Positions 56,591 through 64,000 of a DNA stretch of 64,000 bases are shown piece after piece. The translations under genes and the position numbers were made by a program. The first letter of the stretch is position 1; each line of letters begins with the position of its first letter. Source of the DNA: Eledone cirrhosa (taxonomy: Eukaryota); assembly GCA_964016885.1 (NCBI GenBank), contig OZ024740.1:165850001-165914000 (forward strand), written 5' to 3'. A model generated the notes under the pieces. It worked only from the letters and a program-made list of their open reading frames with translations, searched no databases and was not told the DNA's origin.

Positions 56591-57569
56591 TATATATATA
56601 TATATATATATTTGATAGTTTGTATAACAAATTTGTTCACGTTTTTGGAATTGATATGTTCGGACATATCTTTGGTAAATAATTATGTTATTTATGTTGT
56701 ATAATAGATTCTGAAATAATCAATACAGTAGAAATTTATTTTCCTGCTGTATTGATTGAAGCATTCGTAAATCAAATAAATGATTTAATGTAATTTAATC
56801 CTGGTTATTTTTTTATTCATTATCTATCTCTCTATCTACCTAACCCCCTCTCTCTATCTATCTATTGATCTATATATAACTGCGGACTAAATCACTGTTT
56901 TCAATATTTTTGGTATATCAAGCCCATCGGATGTCTAGCGTATTTCACTGAACCAATTTTTAAAACTGTTACAGCTTATTATGCTATTGTATATGCTTAA
57001 TCACCGAAATGGTCTGGCATACATTTTGATATGGATTAAGTTCGCTCGGTATGCGTATGGATCTGACATATCCATAACAATACTGAACTATAATAATATA
57101 TATATAAATGAACTGTTTATCAGTATATTTGAAGTAATTGCTCAGTTTAGTATTCAGAAAATATTGACTGTTCACTATGTTCCTAATGACATGTAATATG
57201 TATTCGGAATGTGTGGCATTCGAAAAAATGATGTGATTCCAATAAGAACCTGCAAAGTTATTGGAATACAGAATGGAGCCACAGCCATATAGCGTAAACA
57301 AAATAATGATGGCATTGAAATATGGTGATGGTACACCGGCATGCTTATATCTACGTGAGTGAAATGATATAAACCTATACTTGAATATATGTTGATCTTT
57401 CCCATTGACTTTATCTTTCATTTTTTTCTCTTTCAACTTCTCAAGTAAGGTCGTAAGTATCTATTCAACTACGTACATAATTAGACATACTATACAATTA
57501 TATATATACATTTCGTTTCTGAATTTGTTTAGCAAGATTCTTTATCTGAAAACGTGTGTTGAAACCGAT

Positions 57570-57753
57570 ATTGTTATACTTTGGGAGGGTCATGTTGCCA
57601 ATAAGAAACACACGCACCAGTTGCTTTCAATTCAATTTATTATAATAAATTTATAAATTTAGGAATTTATAAATTTATTATAATAAATTGAAGTGAAAGC
57701 AACTGGTGCGTGTGTTTCTTATTGGCAACATGACCCTCCCAAAGTATAACAAT
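57570..57753. repeat. Palindrome (~90-bp arms) of the 8476-8572 family
   Basis: Arms attgttatactttgggagggtcatgttgccaataagaaacacacgcacc.. / ..ggtgcgtgtgtttcttattggcaacatgaccctcccaaagtataacaat; followed by a TA-rich tract. Confidence 0.9.
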
Positions 57754-57754
57754 G

Positions 57755-57803
<49 letters not shown>

Positions 57804-57886
57804 GCACATGTATGTATATATATATGTATATGCACATGTATGTATATCTGTATATATACACACACATATATATATATATATATATA

Positions 57887-59608
57887 CTAGCAGATTTACC
57901 CGGCGTTGCTCGGGATTGAGAAATTATGCTAAGAATATACAGCTAGGAAGTAAAAGAAGAACTTTATTTGTCCCCAACCTGTCAAAATAAGCAGAAGTTT
58001 TCAATAATTAATGCAAACGAATATTTAGTGCAATCTTTGTACACATAAAACTATGTTGATAATGAAGGAAAACACTGAACAGGATGTAGTTATACAAATG
58101 ATTAAAGACAATACACGTTGCAAATCTGTAAAAAAAACAGGCAGTTTTGCTAAAGTACAAAAAGTTGTAATGAAAGCAGAGTTGTATACAAACAAAAAAA
58201 CAATGAGAGTAGAATAAGAGAAAATGTATTCTTTGAGAGCATCCTTTGCTGTGTATGGTTAAATTTTGAACTTATAATCAAAAATATCCTGCATGACATA
58301 TTCATTTGTATGTTTTGTAATGAGTAAGGTGAAGTCAAGGCAGAGCTGTAATAAGTGTTTTTGTTAACACTAAAGCACTTCAGGATAGATGATATTCTTT
58401 GTTTTTCTTTTCGGAACAAACGCAAAGAGATTATCCCGACTCGTGAGCAGGCAACGTAGAATTGTCCGTACAAAAAGCAAGGTTCATCCAAGTGAATTCC
58501 AGTGACGGACAGAGTTTGACCTTGCGACTTGTTTATGGACATCGCAAAGGCAACACGAAGGGGAAATTGGGTTCGGCGAAGGAGAAGGGAGTATCCACGC
58601 CTGATGTAGTCAGGCTAATTTTTGTTATTATCACATCCTCGCCTTTTCCACATCCGGATAGAATGATAGCGTCAATACTAAGTGGAGACAGTTTTTTAAC
58701 CACAAGGCGTGTACCATTGCATAGTTTTGGAGGAGTGATATTTCTCAGCAAAATAACTGGCGTTCCCTCTTTCAGAACCAATGTAAACCAGGAGGATTTA
58801 AAGAATTTAGAAATTCAACTGGGTAGTTGACCGCATCCTGTGGATCACATACAGTATCAATAGATGTATATATCCGTGGACATCCAGGAATAATCCTGTT
58901 CAGTATGTTCCTTCATTGTCAAAAAAGTTTGATGTATACGAATACAGCTGGAAGCATAGATAATGCCTGCCTCAAATGTGGACGAAATTACTTTAAAAAT
59001 GTAAAAGCTGTAGGTCCCAATGGTTTGAATGAAAAGTCCCATAAGGATTGTTCTAAAAATAAAGAAACCATCATCAAAATCTCGTCAATTCGAGACTGCT
59101 GCGAGATTAGGCCCATACCGCGAAAATTAACACTTAATATAGTGAAACAAGTTAAAACAACAAGTGTTTTTTTAACTTTGAAAGTGCAACAAAGAATAAA
59201 CAAGAAACAAACGATAATATTAGTGATTTATCTTCAAATGAATCTGATGTTTATATTTCTGAAATTTCGTCCGACGATGATTGTTGTTTTAAAATTGAAA
59301 GCGAAGGTCTCCATATCTCACTCTCTTTATAAGGATTGTCATTAAAGTTGGTTATCTCCCTTCTTTATAAGGATTGTCAATAAAGTTGGTTATCTCCCTT
59401 ACATCAATTTTGCTCCCGATAATTTTGATATCGATTTTTTATTGCTCAACGTGGGTCGATTGAAAAAATGTTTGAGATGTGACACTCTTAGCGACCTGTG
59501 CAATGTGCACAGAAAAGTTGGTCAAATTCGGTTGGTAATTATAAAAGCCTTATGTATCCAAAGTTGTACACAGACACACACACATTCTCGCTTTTATATA
59601 TATAAAGA
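57887..59608 (-). mobile_element. Internally deleted (non-autonomous) Helitron
   Basis: Minus strand begins A|TCTTTATATATATAAAAGC and ends with hairpin cccgagcaacgccggg plus CTAG|T; contains a PIF1-type helicase remnant. Confidence 0.9.
58380..58900 (-). pseudogene. Helitron RepHel C-terminal PIF1 helicase fragment, frameshifted
   Basis: YTSIDTVCDPQDAVNYPVEFLNSLNPPGL / LKEGTPVILLRNITPPKLCNGTRLVV / FAMSINKSQGQTL..GQFYVACSRVG. Confidence 0.9.
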
Positions 59609-59690
59609 TATATACAGGCGACGGGCTTCAGTAGTTTCCGCTTACCATACTCCACTCCCGGGGTATTGGTCAAACCGACGATGTGTCCAC

Positions 59691-59735
<45 letters not shown>

Positions 59736-59736
59736 T

Positions 59737-59823
<87 letters not shown>

Positions 59824-60652
59824 TGTTATGTTACCACAATACGGGTGGAGTGAAATGTATACACACATATCTATAACATTGCACATTATAACAGGAGTGA
59901 AATTCAAGTCATGCTCGCATTATTTATGTCTATTTAAAATTACCGGTGACATTTCTTCACCGTTAAATGTATAGAACACACTGAACATTTTTGCAAGAGC
60001 TAAATAAAGCTAGAGATTCCATTTTTAAAGTGTCTTGAGTGCTAAAAAAAATAAATAAACCACTCTCACAGATATAGATGTAACGTAACATGAAATTCAT
60101 ATACGCTGTTATGCACTGAAATGAGCGCAGACAGGCGTTCATGCACTGAAGACCGCATGCAGGTGTATGCAAATATTATTTAACCATTATTCATTTACAG
60201 GTTATGTAAATATATAGAAAACATAAGAAATACAAAATGCACACGCATGCGTGTGGATAGGTGTTTATATTTGTGTGTGGGCGCATTTTTCTTAACTCAA
60301 CCTACATCAGTTGACATTATGTGTAACACAAGTCAAAGGCACCCCACATAACATTGTAGGTGTATGTATGTATGCGTGTCAGTGTGTGCGTTTGCCTTGG
60401 AAATCTGTGAATATATGTTAAACGAATATTTATATCAGTATGAGATAGATATATGCATATAAACATTAGCAATTGTATGCATATCATAAATATATCGATG
60501 TGTACACTGCTTATGTGTATAACAATATTTACATGTGCATTTGAGTGTTAATACACACACATTTTCACATACATTCACATGCACACGCATATGCTTATAT
60601 AATATAATATTATATATATATATCTATATATATATATCCATGTGTGTGTGGA

Positions 60653-60707
<55 letters not shown>

Positions 60708-61028
60708 TGTGTTGTAAAACAACATACAGATACATTGTGTATCTTGTGTTGGTTTAGTCGTTTCGAAACTAGATATGTACACATACATTATAAAGAACGG
60801 TGCGAATGTGCTGTGACACAGCAGTCATGCGTTTGTAAATCTCAGATCAAGAATTAACAAATACTTAATCTGACACACACGGGCGCGCACATACGTACGT
60901 TCGCGCGCACACACATACACACACACACCTGCACTCAGGGACACATGCACGCCCAAATACATCTAAACAAACTCGCGCACATATAAATATATACGTACAT
61001 ACGACATAAACTTTCTTCTTACATATTC

Positions 61029-61029
<1 letters not shown>

Positions 61030-61094
<65 letters not shown>

Positions 61095-61203
61095 ATACAT
61101 TTATATATATATATGTGTGTGTGTGTGTATACATTTATATATATATATGTGTGTGTGTGTGTATACATTTATATATATATATGTGTGTGTGTGTATATAC
61201 ATT

Positions 61204-61238
<35 letters not shown>

Positions 61239-61283
61239 ATATACATTTATATATATATGTGTGTGTGTGTGTGTATATACATT

Positions 61284-61314
<31 letters not shown>

Positions 61315-61323
61315 ATATACATT

Positions 61324-61356
<33 letters not shown>

Positions 61357-61612
61357 ATATACATTTATATATATATATGTGTGTGTGTGTGTATATACAT
61401 TTATATATATATATGTGTGTGTGTGTGTATATACATTTATATATATATATGTGTGTGTGTGTGTGTATATACATTTATATATATATATGTGTGTGTGTGT
61501 GTATGTGTATATATATATATTATATATAATGCATATATATATATATATTATATATATATATAATATACATATATATATATATATATATATAATATACATA
61601 TATATAATATAC

Positions 61613-61645
<33 letters not shown>

Positions 61646-61906
61646 AATATACATATATATATATATATATATAATATACATATATATAATATACATATAT
61701 ATATGTATATATATATATACATAATATACATATATATATTATGTATATATATATAATATACATATATATATATATATATAATATACATATATATAATATA
61801 CATATATATATGTAATATACATATATATATGTATATATGTATATATGTATATATATAATATACATATATATATATATATGTATATATGTATATATGTATA
61901 TATATA

Positions 61907-61946
<40 letters not shown>

Positions 61947-61978
61947 CACATATATATATATATAATATACATATATAT
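61030..61978. repeat. Compound micro/minisatellite with higher-order units
   Basis: About a dozen units of (GT)n-atatacattt-(AT)n, then units of (AT)n-aatatacat. Confidence 0.95.
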
Positions 61979-62394
61979 GAATATTAGACCAGGGTTGAAC
62001 GAATGGTTTATGTATGCGAATTACATAAGCACTAAAACATTTTATGTTCGAAACGAACATTAAATCTATCAGAGCTGGAATGTCCTTTGTCTCGAACCTT
62101 TTTCTTTTATTTTTTTTAGTGTTCAATCTAAGGTGACCCCTCGGCTTTCTTGTCATATTTCTTCCAGAGACATCTTAGCACTAACACCCCACAAGTCGTC
62201 TCCATTGTACTGCCTTTCTTGTCTCGTTGTTCACATCATCATACAGACTTACCAGCTGTTGTTTTCCTCCCCCTATTGCTTTCTCATCGTTTTATTTATT
62301 TCTCATATCCCAGTAAGCTTTCTTCTTCATTTGTTTGCACTTCTTTTAATTTCAGTAGTCATTTTAGATTTCCTGACGTGTTATTCCATTATTC

Positions 62395-62471
<77 letters not shown>

Positions 62472-63579
62472 GGGGTGTGTGTTTGTATATGTCTATATAT
62501 ATATATATGTGTGTGCCCGTCAAACGAACGGCACAGAAAAATCGGATTTCCTACTAGATTTCCTACTAGTCTGCTGTCAACTCGGTGTCTATGTGGTTTC
62601 GGCTCTTAAACAGCACCGCTCTTCCGACCTCTGACCCCTAAAGAAAGTTAACAATTTGGAATACGAATGGAACGTATACGAGGAAATTATTCAGATCGGT
62701 GTATTCCGAAGCGATTGACAGGGAAACGAGACGAAATATGTTTCTTAGCAATACGGGACAGAAAGTTCCTCAAATAAAATGCAAAGAAACCATAACAAAC
62801 AAACATGCTGATAAGAAACCGTAAATAAAGTGTAACATTTATCACGAACTTGTCTGAGCGTAGTTTTTGATATAATTATATTTACGTTCGGCAGAGGGCC
62901 ACCAATTTGAAGGGTAGGTGCAAGTCGATTAAATCGAACCCAGTGAGTAACATATACATTATTTCATCGACCCCGTAAGTATGAAAGGCAAATGTAACCT
63001 CAACACTTAAAATAATATTACGAAACAACACGAGGTTAATTGACACTTTGAACAATCGGGATGCAAAAGCAGTAGTGGGAGGGTTTTTGAGACTACAGGT
63101 GGAGTAAGGGTTTATGGGGCACTAGGGAATGCGATGGGTGGAGGCAAAACCACACATAAAGAGAATAACAGAAAGTAAGAGATTAGGGTCCCAGAGTAAG
63201 AACAAAATGTGAGTGTGAGATAGAGAGGGGGGAGAGTGAATGAGAAAGGCAGACACCGCTGGGGTAAATACTTAGTTAAGGTAATAAAACAATACGCTTA
63301 CGCACACACTCATAGAGTTACGACGGACTGATCCGATGATGTCTAAGTTCAGATCGTCGAATCATACGTGGCCATATTTGTTCCATAATTTCTGTCCTTT
63401 AAATTAACATTCTTTTGTTTAAGCATGTAAATGTACCCTTGAATTTATCTTTAACTTTTTGAAATAATCAGCTTTTCACTTTCAGATTTGTTAAAATGTG
63501 GCTTAATATATATATAATATATATTTTCTTTTTTTCTCCTTCTCTGTCTGAGAAAGTAATTTTAATAAATTGGGAATTA

Positions 63580-63912
63580 TCACGAATACAAGCGGCCAAA
63601 ATGAGGTTTCTCCGAAGGGTTTTGGTGTAACTTTATTCCACAAAGCCCGTAGCTAGGATATCAGAGTGTCACTCCTGGTAGAGCCGCTACTTCTCCGTCT
63701 CAGGAAAGAACTGCTGGACTGATTTTACGGGCGAAACCAACAGGTAGGAGACCCAGGAGTAGACCCCGAGGGCAACGGTTGGATAACATCCATGAGCTTG
63801 GCTGGTCACGTATGGGTCTGCAGCCGGATCATTTGGAGACGGTTGCTTCTGACAGAACCCGCTGGAGGAAGTGTTTGGGGACTCTACCCCCACGACTCTC
63901 TCAGTAATAAGT
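63580..63912 (+). mobile_element. RTE-clade LINE 3' fragment
   Basis: RIQAAKMRFLRRV, VEPLLLRL and RPRSRPR motifs typical of the RTE ORF C-terminus; frameshifted. Confidence 0.75.
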
Positions 63913-64000
63913 GCGCGAACTTTCTTGCCTTCACACCACTACCACCAATATCTCCACCACCATCTTCACTCCCACCATCATCGTCGTCGTTATCAACACC

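Overview
AT-rich, microsatellite-dense animal genomic DNA; the SINE families and the density of (TA)n, (CA)n and (CT)n tracts point to an octopus-like cephalopod (inference). The only host coding sequence I can support is one 297-nt phase 1-1 Ig-domain exon of a PTK7/off-track-like gene (18405-18701, +), so much of the window is probably intron. The rest is transposon-derived. (1) A 5'-truncated Penelope-like element (PLE) has RT, a CxCx5Cx5C linker, a GIY-YIG endonuclease and inverted pseudo-LTRs carrying hammerhead ribozymes. Its ORF has an in-frame TGA at a conserved Cys of the endonuclease, and it sits inside a second, outer inverted duplication. (2) A near-intact Buster/ZBED8-like hAT transposon is inserted in one arm of that duplication, and the other arm preserves the empty site. 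(3) A second PLE remnant and many short hammerhead-bearing palindromic or tandem PLE-end fragments lie in (TA)n tracts; two families carry the U3:A8 core variant. (4) Also present are an internally deleted Helitron, two mariner fossils, MITEs, RTE fragments, a tRNA-Glu pseudogene and many tRNA-derived SINEs, some inserted into each other's tails. All calls were made by eye without database searches; family names come from recalled motifs.
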